Below the pieces are notes generated by a model. It searched no databases. It was not told the origin of the DNA and saw only the letters and a list, made by a program, of their open reading frames with translations. A DNA stretch of 64,000 nucleotides from Candidatus Latescibacterota bacterium (GTDB lineage Bacteria; Latescibacterota; UBA2968). This document shows, one piece after another, positions 1 through 9,388 of this stretch (the stretch's first letter is position 1; the number at the start of each line of letters is the position of its first letter). The position numbers and the translations under genes were made by a program. The DNA is taken from assembly GCA_965222605.1 (NCBI GenBank), contig OZ244960.1, forward strand, positions 3,584,001 to 3,648,000. Direction: 5' to 3'.

Positions 1-109
1 CTATCACTCAGACCCAAATATATATGCCAATTTGAGTTCGTGCAAATACTGATTTGCGTATAAGGTGTTATTTTTAATAAAGATACAAAACAAAAATCCA
101 GACGAAATT

Positions 110-230
110 TCGTGCTATTGGATGATATATCACCCAATAGCACGAGTAGTCTGGCTAATATTCTGATTATTAACAGGTTGTTATAAATTAAATAAGCGAT
201 ATAATCCATCTTAAGACGATATATCGCCCA
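110..230. promoter_or_regulatory. Pair of related palindromic operator-like sites (core GATATATC)
   Basis: Near-perfect 36-bp palindrome TCGTGCTATTGG-a-TGATATATCA-c-CCAATAGCACGA at 110-145; second related site GACGATATATCGCCCA at 215-230; AT-rich intergenic DNA. Confidence 0.5.
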
Positions 231-387
231 TAGTAAAGATATTTTTCATCCTTACATGCTTTCTGTCCAATCCAAAATGCATGTCCCACTGTGCGATACA
301 AGCAGATATTTCAGAACACCTTTCTCTTCTTCGGGGAGGGTGCTTGAATGACGAGGTAGATACAGTCGCTGCGTAACATCAGTTATG

Positions 388-540
388 TTATTTGCTATCC
401 CCTTCAGAACTGTCTAAGTCCAGAGATAGGGAAAAGCTGCTGGTCTGTGTGGATAGCGACCACGGGAATAGCAGGAGCAGAAGGCTCAGCAAACTGACGG
501 TGCCGAGCGCGAGTGGGAAAAATTTAACGCGGTGTTGCAT
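388..540 (-). pseudogene. 5' stub (50 aa) of a paralog of the 562-5310 surface protein
   Basis: Translates MQHRVKFFPLALGTVSLLSLLLLLFPWSLSTQTSSFSLSLDLDSSEGDSK*, nearly identical in DNA and protein to the N-terminus of ORF 562-5310 (about 5167-5300); stops right after the signal peptide and the start of the first domain. Confidence 0.8.
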
Positions 541-561
541 ATTATGACTTTCTATCATGGC

Positions 562-3500
562 TTAATCCGTCAGATCCGGCACGGTCACCGAGACCAGTGT
601 ACTGTGCGTCGCTTCCCCACCCGCGACCACGGCCGCCACCTGGTAGGTATAGGTCGCGCCTGCGGTCACATCGGTATCGGTGTATTGCAAGTCACTGGTT
701 TCCTCCGCGAGGGTCTCGTCGGTGGTGCCGTCGTAGCGTGTCAGAGTATAGGTGATGTCCGGTGCCGAGGTCCAGAAGCTCGCATCCACCGCGGTCCAAC
801 TCAGGGCAACCTGGGCTGTCGTGGCTGTCGCGGTCAGCGTTGGTCCTTCCCGAAGCTGGTAGCCGAACTCCTGCCATGTCGCCTGCCCATCGCCGTTGAA
901 GTCCACCGCCAGAACCGGATACTGCGTAGCCGTCCCAAAGGCCCAGGGATCGTCAGTCATGCCATCGCTGTCCAGGTCCCGGTTCCAGGTCTGATAAATC
1001 CCGCTGTAGTTCGTGGGTTCCTGCAACGCCGTTGTGGTCTGGCCTTCGCCAGGGGCCCTACCAGGCCCGGAGGTGTTCAGGTCATAGTAGCTGGCGACGA
1101 CGGTGCCCAGGTCGATGTTGACCAGTCCGCCGACATAGATATCTCCCGAGATGCGGCCCGTGGCGTAGCTGGCGGCGACGGTGCTATTGTTGCCGTCGAT
1201 CCCGACCATTATGCCAACATTATTACCTCCCGAGACGCGGCCCGTGGTGTAGCAGGCAGTGATGGTGCCTCTGTGTCTTCCGACGAGTCCGCCGACCACG
1301 GTACGTCCTGACACGTGGCCCGTGGCGTAGCTGGCGGCGATGGGACCGTAGTTGTTTCCCACCAGTCCGCCGACATAGCCATCCCCCGAGACGGAGCGAG
1401 TGGTATAACTGTTGGTAATGGCATCGTAATTTCTTCCGACGAGTCCGCCGACCATATCATTCCCCGAGACGGAGACGGAGACATAACTGTCAGTGATGGG
1501 ACCGTAGTTGTCCCCGACGAGTCCGCCGGTCATACCATCCCCCGAGACGGAGCCGGTGACGTAACAGTTGGTGATGATGCCGCGGTTATCCCCGACCAAC
1601 CCGCCGAGATAGATTTTTCCCGAAAGATGGACGTTAGTCAGCCCGACGTTTCGGATGACACTGACCGCGCCAGTGTAGCCGAAAAATCCGAAGACATTTT
1701 TGCGTGTATCAAAAAAAAGGTTGGCGATGGTGTGTCCATTGCCCTCGAAGGTCGCAAGGAACGGGTTGCGCCTGATATCCGGGCCACTCCCGGCACCGCC
1801 GATGGGCACCCAGCCTGCGCCATCGTTCCAATACGTGTCGCCAGCGTCGGCATCGCCGCTTCCGTTGGTGTCGAAGTCCAGGTCCGCGCTCAGTTCATAT
1901 CCCGTGCATCCGAGACCGCCGCAAGCTACCTGATCGGTAAACGCCTGGTCATACGCGGCCCTCCCGCTATCTGTGGGTATTCCGTCCCCATTCAGGTCGT
2001 GACGGACTGCATTCAATTGCGCGAGCGTCGTGATCTCGATGAGGCCGTCATCGTCGGTGTCATAGTCGATCGCGGTTATCGGCAGTACTGTTACAGCGAA
2101 CGGCTGCGCCGCGCTCGTGTTCGATCCGTCTTTGTCAATCGCCGTCACTGTGACGGTTGCCTGTCCCTCGGCTACTGGCGTGATCGTCACCCGTGTTCCC
2201 GACAGGCTGACCGTCGCCACGGCTGGTGCCGATGAGGTCGCGCCGTAGGTCAGCGCATTGCCCTCCGGGTCATGGAACGCCCCCGCCACTTCCACGCTTC
2301 CTGAGACGTCACCCACGCGCAGCGTGCGGTCCGCCAGCTTCCCCACCGGGACCGCTGGCTGATTTTCGCTGATCAGTGTGGTCGTGCCCTGGCCTGAATT
2401 GGACCATTTGCTCGTCCCTTCGGCGTTCTTTGCCCACACCCGCACCTGATACATCGTATTTGGATTCAAGCCTGTTAGCGTCGTGGTCGTGCCGGTGCCG
2501 TTGTAATTGACATCGGTGAATGCGCCACTGGTGCCTTGCCGGTATTGCACGTCGTAGTCGGTAATGTCAGGCCCGGTGTTAGTCGGCTCGGTCCAGGTCA
2601 CGGTCAGGCTATTTTCCCTCTCATTGCTCACCACAGGCCGATCGGGTTTGCCCGGCGGTTCGTTTTTGTCGGTGACTGTGATGGTGATGGTCTGCGCTGC
2701 GGTCAGTGCGCGGCCTCCCGTGCCACCGGTCGCTGTGACCACGACGATGTATTCATTGTTGCGCCCGGCGTCCGTGGGATTCTCGAAGTTGGAGACATCC
2801 TTGAAGATCAATATACTCTCGTTGGTGAATTCGATCTCGTTCCGGTCGGCACCGCCGGTAATGGTGTAGCCGGTGATGTCGTCGCCGTTATCGACATCCT
2901 CGGCATTCACCCGATTGATGTACTGGTAATTTTCCGGTATCTTGAAGGTCTCAATGCTGGTAAATGTGGGGGCTTCGTTCACATCGGTCAGGTTAATCGT
3001 CACTTCGATGGTGTTGCTGCCGCCCTGACCATCTTCTACGCGCACCGTTACCTCATATCTGTCCTTCTTCTCGTAGTCGTAGGTGACGCCCGCCCTGGTC
3101 TGAAGCTGGTTGCCATCGATTGCGAAGGAGGTCCGGTCCGTCCCCTCAAGGCTGTAGGTCAGCGTCCCCCCGTCGCTGTCTGTGGCAGTGACCGGGTTGC
3201 CGATGTTATGTGTCCCGGTCGTGTTCTCTGCTATACGGTGGGTAATACTCGAACCCTCATTAAACGTGGGAGCTTGATTGACGACAGTGCTCACAGTAAC
3301 GGATTCGGACCACTGGCTCTGTCCTTCGGGACTACGTGCCAGTACCTGCACCTCATAGGACGTGTTGGCATTCAAGCTGGTGATGGTCGTGCTCGTACCG
3401 GGTCCATTGTGTTGCCACTCGGCGAACGTGCCGCCGCTCTCCCTATATTGCACGTCGTAGTCTTTGATGTTGGGGCCGGTGTTGGCAGGTGCGGTCCAGC

Positions 3501-5310
3501 GTATGGAGAGATTATTCAGCGTTGAGGCTGTTACCGAGGGACGGTCGGGTCTTTCTGGCCGTTCGTTGTCGTCGTCGGTTATGTTTATTGTCACTGTGAT
3601 GGTCGCACGCCCGCCCTGATCGTCCGCTGCTTCTACCGTCACCGAATAGCGATTTTTCTCTTCATAGTTGTAATCTACGCCGGTCTGTGTGCGAAGTTGG
3701 CCGTTGTTGGTGTCGATGGTGAATTGATCCGTGTCGCCACCTGCAAGGCGGTAGGTCACGGTGGTGCCTTCGGGATCGGTGGCGGTTATTGAGTTGCCGA
3801 TGTCCTGGATGCCTGTCGTGTTTTCGGCGAGGCTGCGGGTGGTGCTTGAGCCGTCGTCGAAGGTCGGGGGCTTATTACTCGGCGGAGGAGGGGGAGAAGG
3901 GGGAGGCTGTGACGTACTACCACCACTACCACCGCCACCACTGCTACCACTACTACCACCACTACCACCGCCACCACTGCTACCACCACTACCACCGCCA
4001 CCACCCGGTACTATCAATAGCTCAGAGGTCTTCCACTCACCCGACTCAGACCATTCACTCGTGCCTTCTTCGTTAGTCGCGCGCACCTGTATCGCATAGC
4101 GCGTGCTTGAAAATAGTCCCCTCAGGCGCACCGTCCGTCCTGTGCCATCATAATTTGCATCGATGAACTCATCACTGTCGGCTTGGCGGTATTGCACATC
4201 GTAGTCGGTGATCTCAGGACCTGTGTTGGAAGGTTCTGTCCAGATTACCGTCAGGGTTGTGGACGCGATCGCCGAGACACGCGGTGGGGCAGGCTGTCCT
4301 GGGGGTTCATCGATGTCGTTGATGGCAATACCTACAACAAGGCTGGCTTCACCACCTTCGCCATCACTCACATGGACTGTGACGGAATACTTATCCTGCT
4401 GCTCAAAGTTGTATGTCCCTTTTGTCTGAATGTGTCCTGCGTTCTCCTCAATGGCAAAGCTATCGGCGTCGGCACCGCTGAGGCGATAGGTGAGGGTATC
4501 GCCATCGCCATCGGTTGCTAAGATGGGGTCGCCTATGGGCTGTCCGGAGGGGGTGTTCTCATCTACGGAGCGCGTCACGGGAGGTTCTGACGTGAAGACA
4601 GGTGCGCGGTTGACGACTTTGCCAAAGCTATCGACGAAGATCAGAAAATCGGGGATCCCAATCTCGCCATTGACATCCAGATCATATTTTGCCTCATACG
4701 CCTCTTGACCTTTTCGGGAACCAAAGGCATCGACAAAGAGCAAAAAGTCCGGGATGCCCACCGTTCCACTCCTGTCAAAGTCCGGAGAAGGGGGTTTGGC
4801 AATCCTCAAGGTAATGCTCAGGTCCATTGGTACGGTCTCAGTCTGTCCCTCTCGCACAAGTCTTGCACGCACCAATCGTATGTCTGTGCCTGAAAACGCA
4901 TCGCTCGTGCGAAAGCGAATGGTGCCTATAAGACCACTGATTGCAGTTCCGTCGGATAAGGTTATCCCGATATTTGCAAAGTCCTTTCCCGTAAGCGCAG
5001 AGGTGCCAGATACGATATTCGACCGCTTAAATCCTTCGTAAGCAACCTGCGTGGGATCGAATTCAAAGCGCAGGGAGAGATCGCTTGCAGCCGCAATATC
5101 TGTGCCGAAGATTTGAATGGGAATCGTGCGATTGGGAAAGACATCGAGAGAGGAGACTGTCTGGTCGCCTTCAGAATTATCTAAGTCCAGAGATAGGGAA
5201 AAGCCGCTGGTCTGGGTGGATAGGGACCATGGGAATAGCAAGAGCAGAAGGCTCAGTAAACTGACGGTGACGAGCGCGAGTGGGAAGATTGTAACGCGGG
5301 AGGGAATCAT
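562..5310 (-). CDS. Large secreted modular surface protein (cohesin-like N-domain, double EF-hand/dockerin-like module, cadherin and fibronectin type III repeats, GLUG-motif repeats)
   Basis: 1582-aa ORF with a hydrophobic N-terminal signal; DFDRSGTVGIPDFLLFVDAFGS...YDLDVNGEIGIPDF; cadherin motifs (RSVDENT...ATDGDGDTLTY...YNFEQ); FN3 motifs (W...PEITDYDVQYR...Y.V.V.A.N.EG.S.WS); repeated VSGDG.VGGLVG.N.G.I. Confidence 0.85.
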   Translation of the reverse strand: MIPSRVTIFPLALVTVSLLSLLLLLFPWSLSTQTSGFSLSLDLDNSEGDQTVSSLDVFPNRTIPIQIFGTDIAAASDLSLRFEFDPTQVAYEGFKRSNIVSGTSALTGKDFANIGITLSDGTAISGLIGTIRFRTSDAFSGTDIRLVRARLVREGQTETVPMDLSITLRIAKPPSPDFDRSGTVGIPDFLLFVDAFGSRKGQEAYEAKYDLDVNGEIGIPDFLIFVDSFGKVVNRAPVFTSEPPVTRSVDENTPSGQPIGDPILATDGDGDTLTYRLSGADADSFAIEENAGHIQTKGTYNFEQQDKYSVTVHVSDGEGGEASLVVGIAINDIDEPPGQPAPPRVSAIASTTLTVIWTEPSNTGPEITDYDVQYRQADSDEFIDANYDGTGRTVRLRGLFSSTRYAIQVRATNEEGTSEWSESGEWKTSELLIVPGGGGGSGGSSGGGGSGGSSGSSGGGGSGGSTSQPPPSPPPPPSNKPPTFDDGSSTTRSLAENTTGIQDIGNSITATDPEGTTVTYRLAGGDTDQFTIDTNNGQLRTQTGVDYNYEEKNRYSVTVEAADDQGGRATITVTINITDDDNERPERPDRPSVTASTLNNLSIRWTAPANTGPNIKDYDVQYRESGGTFAEWQHNGPGTSTTITSLNANTSYEVQVLARSPEGQSQWSESVTVSTVVNQAPTFNEGSSITHRIAENTTGTHNIGNPVTATDSDGGTLTYSLEGTDRTSFAIDGNQLQTRAGVTYDYEKKDRYEVTVRVEDGQGGSNTIEVTINLTDVNEAPTFTSIETFKIPENYQYINRVNAEDVDNGDDITGYTITGGADRNEIEFTNESILIFKDVSNFENPTDAGRNNEYIVVVTATGGTGGRALTAAQTITITVTDKNEPPGKPDRPVVSNERENSLTVTWTEPTNTGPDITDYDVQYRQGTSGAFTDVNYNGTGTTTTLTGLNPNTMYQVRVWAKNAEGTSKWSNSGQGTTTLISENQPAVPVGKLADRTLRVGDVSGSVEVAGAFHDPEGNALTYGATSSAPAVATVSLSGTRVTITPVAEGQATVTVTAIDKDGSNTSAAQPFAVTVLPITAIDYDTDDDGLIEITTLAQLNAVRHDLNGDGIPTDSGRAAYDQAFTDQVACGGLGCTGYELSADLDFDTNGSGDADAGDTYWNDGAGWVPIGGAGSGPDIRRNPFLATFEGNGHTIANLFFDTRKNVFGFFGYTGAVSVIRNVGLTNVHLSGKIYLGGLVGDNRGIITNCYVTGSVSGDGMTGGLVGDNYGPITDSYVSVSVSGNDMVGGLVGRNYDAITNSYTTRSVSGDGYVGGLVGNNYGPIAASYATGHVSGRTVVGGLVGRHRGTITACYTTGRVSGGNNVGIMVGIDGNNSTVAASYATGRISGDIYVGGLVNIDLGTVVASYYDLNTSGPGRAPGEGQTTTALQEPTNYSGIYQTWNRDLDSDGMTDDPWAFGTATQYPVLAVDFNGDGQATWQEFGYQLREGPTLTATATTAQVALSWTAVDASFWTSAPDITYTLTRYDGTTDETLAEETSDLQYTDTDVTAGATYTYQVAAVVAGGEATHSTLVSVTVPDLTD
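3916..4005 (-). repeat. Low-complexity coding repeat (Gly/Ser linker followed by poly-Pro)
   Basis: CCACCACTACCACCGCCACCACTGCTA units encoding GGGGSGGSS repeats. Confidence 0.85.
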
Positions 5311-5386
5311 ATTTTTTGGGATCTGGTGTGTGGCGGTCTCGCCATAGGGGTCGCTCGCCGTTACTGTAATCGTCGCCTTGCCAAAG

Positions 5387-7808
5387 CTATTGATGATTCA
5401 TCGTTTTGCCGAAGCTCTCCACAAAGAGCAGAAAATCGCCAAACCCAATCTCGCCATTGACATTCAGATCGTATTTTATCTCATACTTCTCTTTATCATA
5501 CTGGGACCCAAACACATCGACAAAGAGCAAGAAGTCCGGAAAATCCACAACCCCATTGCCATTAAAATCAACAGAAAGGGGAATCGTTTGCTCGACAATG
5601 GCCGCGTCCGACATCTCGCTCCCGCCAGTGTCATCCGCCTCGCTGAAGAAAGAAACTGAATTATGGTTATGCTCTCCCTTCTGTGTAAAACCGTTGGCGC
5701 CGATTTTGCGAACCAGGACCGGGAGGGATATGCCCCTCGGTAACCCACCTCCCTCACTATAGTCATGAAGCATGTCAGTATAGCTATGATTGTGGGTGAA
5801 CCTGTGATAATGTTCGGTGTCTGTTAGTACACCACCTATTTCAACAGAATAACCATTAGTATGCGTATGATACAGTAGATGATTATGCCCATCCCTATGC
5901 TCCACCACATGACTGGAACCTTCTTCCCCGTTAACCCAAAAATGCACATGTCTTTCTCCTATGACATGATTGCCGTGCTCTCTAAACTGCTGTGCGTGGT
6001 TCGCGTGCTCATGCTCGCAGACAACCAGACCGGGACATTCCTCATTTGGGTTAGGTGAGACATGTCCATGCACGTAATGATGCGTATGCATATAGCCTTG
6101 CCCATCATCATGTTCAAAGCTATGATTATGGAGTATCCTGATCTGTGGATCAGCAGGATCATTGGCAAATAGGTCGTCAACTTCGTCAGAGGAGACAGCG
6201 GCCAGACGCCCTACGCCGTCGTGATTGTACATAACTGACCCGCCGTTGGGTTGGTTTTCTTCATGCCACATCCCCAAATGCCTCTGGCGAGCCTGCTCCA
6301 TCGTTTCGCCAGTATTGAGTGTAACCATGTGGCTATGATCCATTCTGTGCGTATGATCCACATAGTCATCATGACTATGAATCATTGTGTGCTCATGATG
6401 CGAAACCTCTTGCACCTGCACCGAAGAAGTCACGTCCGAAGAGGCAGCGCGCGTGATGGTCACAATGCAAGTCTGCGTGGTCACATCATCCTGCGCTGTC
6501 ACTTTTACCTTAATTATGTTGGTACCCACTACCAGATTCACCTGAAAACCTTCAGTGCTCTCATCCGCATCCGTCAGCGTGTTGTCGTTCTCGTCCAAAT
6601 ACACTAACGTAGCCGACCCATGATTTTTCGTCACCGTCACTGTAATCTGGGACACCTCATTCCCAACCGTCGCCGTATAGTTCGTCGTGCTCACCGAGAA
6701 AACCGGATTAAGTGTCCCCTCACTCAGGCTCAGACTACTCAGCATCACATCTGCGGAGCCGTTGCGCGTGACGGTGATAGTATAAGTTTGCGTGGTCACA
6801 CCATCCTGCGCCGTCACTTTCACTTTAATCGGGTTGGGACCCACTACCAGATTCACCTGAAGACCGGTAGTATTCCCATCCTCATCTGTCAGCGTGTTGT
6901 CGTTTACGTCCAGATACTCAATCGCAGCCGCCTCATTGTTGGTCTCCGCCGTCACTGTAATCTGAGATACCGCATTCCCCACCGTCGCCGTGTAGATCGT
7001 CGTGCCCGCTGAGAAAACTGGCGCGAGTGTCCCAGCACTCAGGCTCAGACCACTCAGCGTCGCGTCCGTGGAAACAGCGCGCGTGACGGTGATAGTATAA
7101 GTCTTTGCTTTATCCTCATTCTGCGACGTCACTTTCACCTTAATCTTGTTGGTGCCCGTCACCAGATTCACCTGAAAACCTTCAGTGTCCGCATCCGCAT
7201 CCGTCAGCGTGTTATTGCTCCCGTCGCGATACGCAATCGTGGCCGCCTCATGATTTTTCGTCGCCGTCACTGTAATCTGGGACACCGCATTCTCAACTGA
7301 CGCCGTATAGTCCGTCTCACTCGAATCGAAAACCGGATCAAGTTGTCCCCGCACTAATACTCAGACTACTCAGCGTCGCATCTGAGGAGCCGCGCGTGAT
7401 AATAATGTAGTAAGTCTGCGTCGTTGTCTCGTCCTGCGCCGTCACCTTCACAATGAGCGTGTTGCGGCCCGCCACCAGATTCATCTGAAAATCGTCAGTA
7501 TTCACATCCGCATCCGTCAGTTCGTTGCTGTTCCTGTCGAGATACGCAATCGTGGCCGACCCATTGTTGGTCGTCGCCGTCACTGTAATCTGGGACACCG
7601 CATACTCAACTGACGCTGAGTAGAATGTCGTGCTCGGAGCGAAGTCCCGATCAAATGTCCCCGGACTCAGGCTCAAACTACTCAGCGTCGCATCTGAGGA
7701 GAGGAGAGCCGCCGCTTCCGCGGTTTTGTGGCTCCCGAACAACGCGGCGAGCGCCAGCAGGCACACCACCGCGCGGCGGGTGTGAGCAAATAAAGGTCTG
7801 TTGTTCAT
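5387..7808 (-). pseudogene. Secreted protein with four cadherin-like beta-sandwich repeats, a His-rich domain and a C-terminal double EF-hand module; frameshifted at about 7343
   Basis: ORFs 7338-7856 and 5387-7354 join within one repeat: GGG ACA A CTT GAT CCG GTT TTC has one extra A relative to the sister repeat GGG ACA CTT AAT CCG GTT TTC; signal peptide from ATG 7808 (MNNRPLFAH...AEA). May instead be a sequencing error. Confidence 0.8.
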
Positions 7809-8193
7809 GGTATAAAACTCCTTCGGGACAGGCTCTGTGCTGTCCCGAATATCCACCGCTGTCTAACCTTATCCCTCAAGAGCTATTGACGATCAATTCA
7901 CCGTTTTGCCGAAGCTCTCCACAAAGAGCAGAAAATCGGGGATCCCTATCTCGCCATTGACATCCAGATCGTATTTCTTCTCATACTTCTCTTCACCATC
8001 CCGAGACCCAAACACATCGACAAAGAGCAAAAAGTCGGGGATATCCACAACCCCATTGCCATTAAAATCAGCAGCAAGGGGAATCGCTTGCTCGACAATG
8101 CCCGCATCCACCTGCTCGGGATCCTCCGGGGAGGTCTCCGCATCGTTGTCGTTGTCGAGCGCGCCGGGGTCCGGCCCTGTGCGCGTCTCACCC

Positions 8194-8432
8194 TCATCGG
8201 CTGAATTCTCCACGACTGAGACGCGGGCAGTGCTCTCATCGGCTGAATTCTCCACGACTGAGACGCGGGCAGTGCCTTCATCGGCTGAATTCTCCACGAC
8301 TGAGACGCGGGCAGTGCCTTCATCGGCTGAATTCTCCACGACTGAGACGCGGGCAGTGCCTTCATCGGCTGGATTTTCCACGACTGAGACGCGGGCAGTG
8401 CCCTCATTGGCTGAATTCTCAGTATCTGAGAC
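8194..8432 (-). repeat. 42-bp coding tandem repeat, 5 full copies plus a partial (ENSADEGTARVSVV)
   Basis: Unit TCATCGGCTGAATTCTCCACGACTGAGACGCGGGCAGTGC.. at 8194, 8236, 8278, 8320, 8362 and 8404, with no spacers. Confidence 0.9.
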
Positions 8433-8487
8433 GCCAACGGCCTGCAGCGAGCCCAGATTCCCACTGCCGCTTCCCGCCTCACTACTA

Positions 8488-9388
8488 ACCTTTGGTGCTA
8501 GTAGATAAGAAGTTGTAAGTCGCCAGAAGTTTACCTATGCTGAATGAGTTAGCACCTCATTCATTCACAGCAGGGAGGTAAACTTCATGACGACTGAAAT
8601 GCTGATCATTGACCTGTTCTGTCGGGTAGATGATCAAACGCAAGACCTTGAGAAACATCCTCAAGCCAAGCTCTATCCCAGCGAAGTCATCACGTTGGCC
8701 TTGCTTTTTGCGATTAAAGGGGTGGGCAATCGCGCCTATTATGATTGGCTGATAAACGATTGGCAGCACCTGTTTCCTAACTTACCTCATCGCACGCGCT
8801 TGTTTCGCCTCTTTTTAAGGCATCAACACGCCACAAGCCGATTTTTAGCCGAAAAGAGCGTGTTGGGCATCATTGATAGCTATGGCATTGAGTTGATTCA
8901 TCCGATCCGAGAAGGCAGAAGTCCTGCTCAGATCGGGAAGAAAGGCAAATCGAATTATCGCTGGATTGTCGGTGGCAAGCTCTGTCTGTTGATCAATCAA
9001 TGGGGTCTCATCGTGGATTGGGACTGTCAGACAGCTAATGTTCACGATACCACCTTCCACCATCTCATCAAGCAGGTGCAATCAGACATGGTCGTCTTTG
9101 CCGATGTCGGCTTTCAAAAAGCGCAAGACAACCCAGAAAACTTAAAAATCTGTCCGCGTGGCACTTGGAATGAGCGCATGGTGGTTGAAACCATCTTATC
9201 TATGATGACGCTCGTGTGGCATTTTAAGAAAGTCATGCATCGGGTCTGGAGCTATTTTGCAATGCGATTGGCTTTTACCATGGCCGCCTTCAATATCTTG
9301 GTACAATGGCAGGGCTTTAAACCCGATGAAGATGGGTTCATTAACCTTGCCATCGCACACTTCAGAATATAACACTAGCACCAAAGGT
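8488..9388 (+). mobile_element. Insertion sequence, IS982-like (901 bp)
   Basis: Perfect 15-bp terminal inverted repeats ACCTTTGGTGCTAGT / ACTAGCACCAAAGGT; TACTA duplicated at 8483-8487 and 9389-9393; single DDE transposase. Confidence 0.88.
8587..9372 (+). CDS. DDE transposase (IS982-like)
   Basis: 261 aa; IIDSYGIELIH, TANVHD, VFADVGF and RMVVETILS motifs; GGGAGG RBS. Confidence 0.85.
   Translation: MTTEMLIIDLFCRVDDQTQDLEKHPQAKLYPSEVITLALLFAIKGVGNRAYYDWLINDWQHLFPNLPHRTRLFRLFLRHQHATSRFLAEKSVLGIIDSYGIELIHPIREGRSPAQIGKKGKSNYRWIVGGKLCLLINQWGLIVDWDCQTANVHDTTFHHLIKQVQSDMVVFADVGFQKAQDNPENLKICPRGTWNERMVVETILSMMTLVWHFKKVMHRVWSYFAMRLAFTMAAFNILVQWQGFKPDEDGFINLAIAHFRI

Noticed and set aside
532-3525. 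Long + strand ORFs (532-1311, 1315-2235, 2536-3525)
   Set aside because: Shadow frames of the repetitive GC-rich 1582-aa gene, with no recognisable motifs.
8194-8432. 42-bp repeats as a possible CRISPR array
   Set aside because: Head-to-tail with no unique spacers, in-frame coding 14-aa units, and no cas genes in the window.
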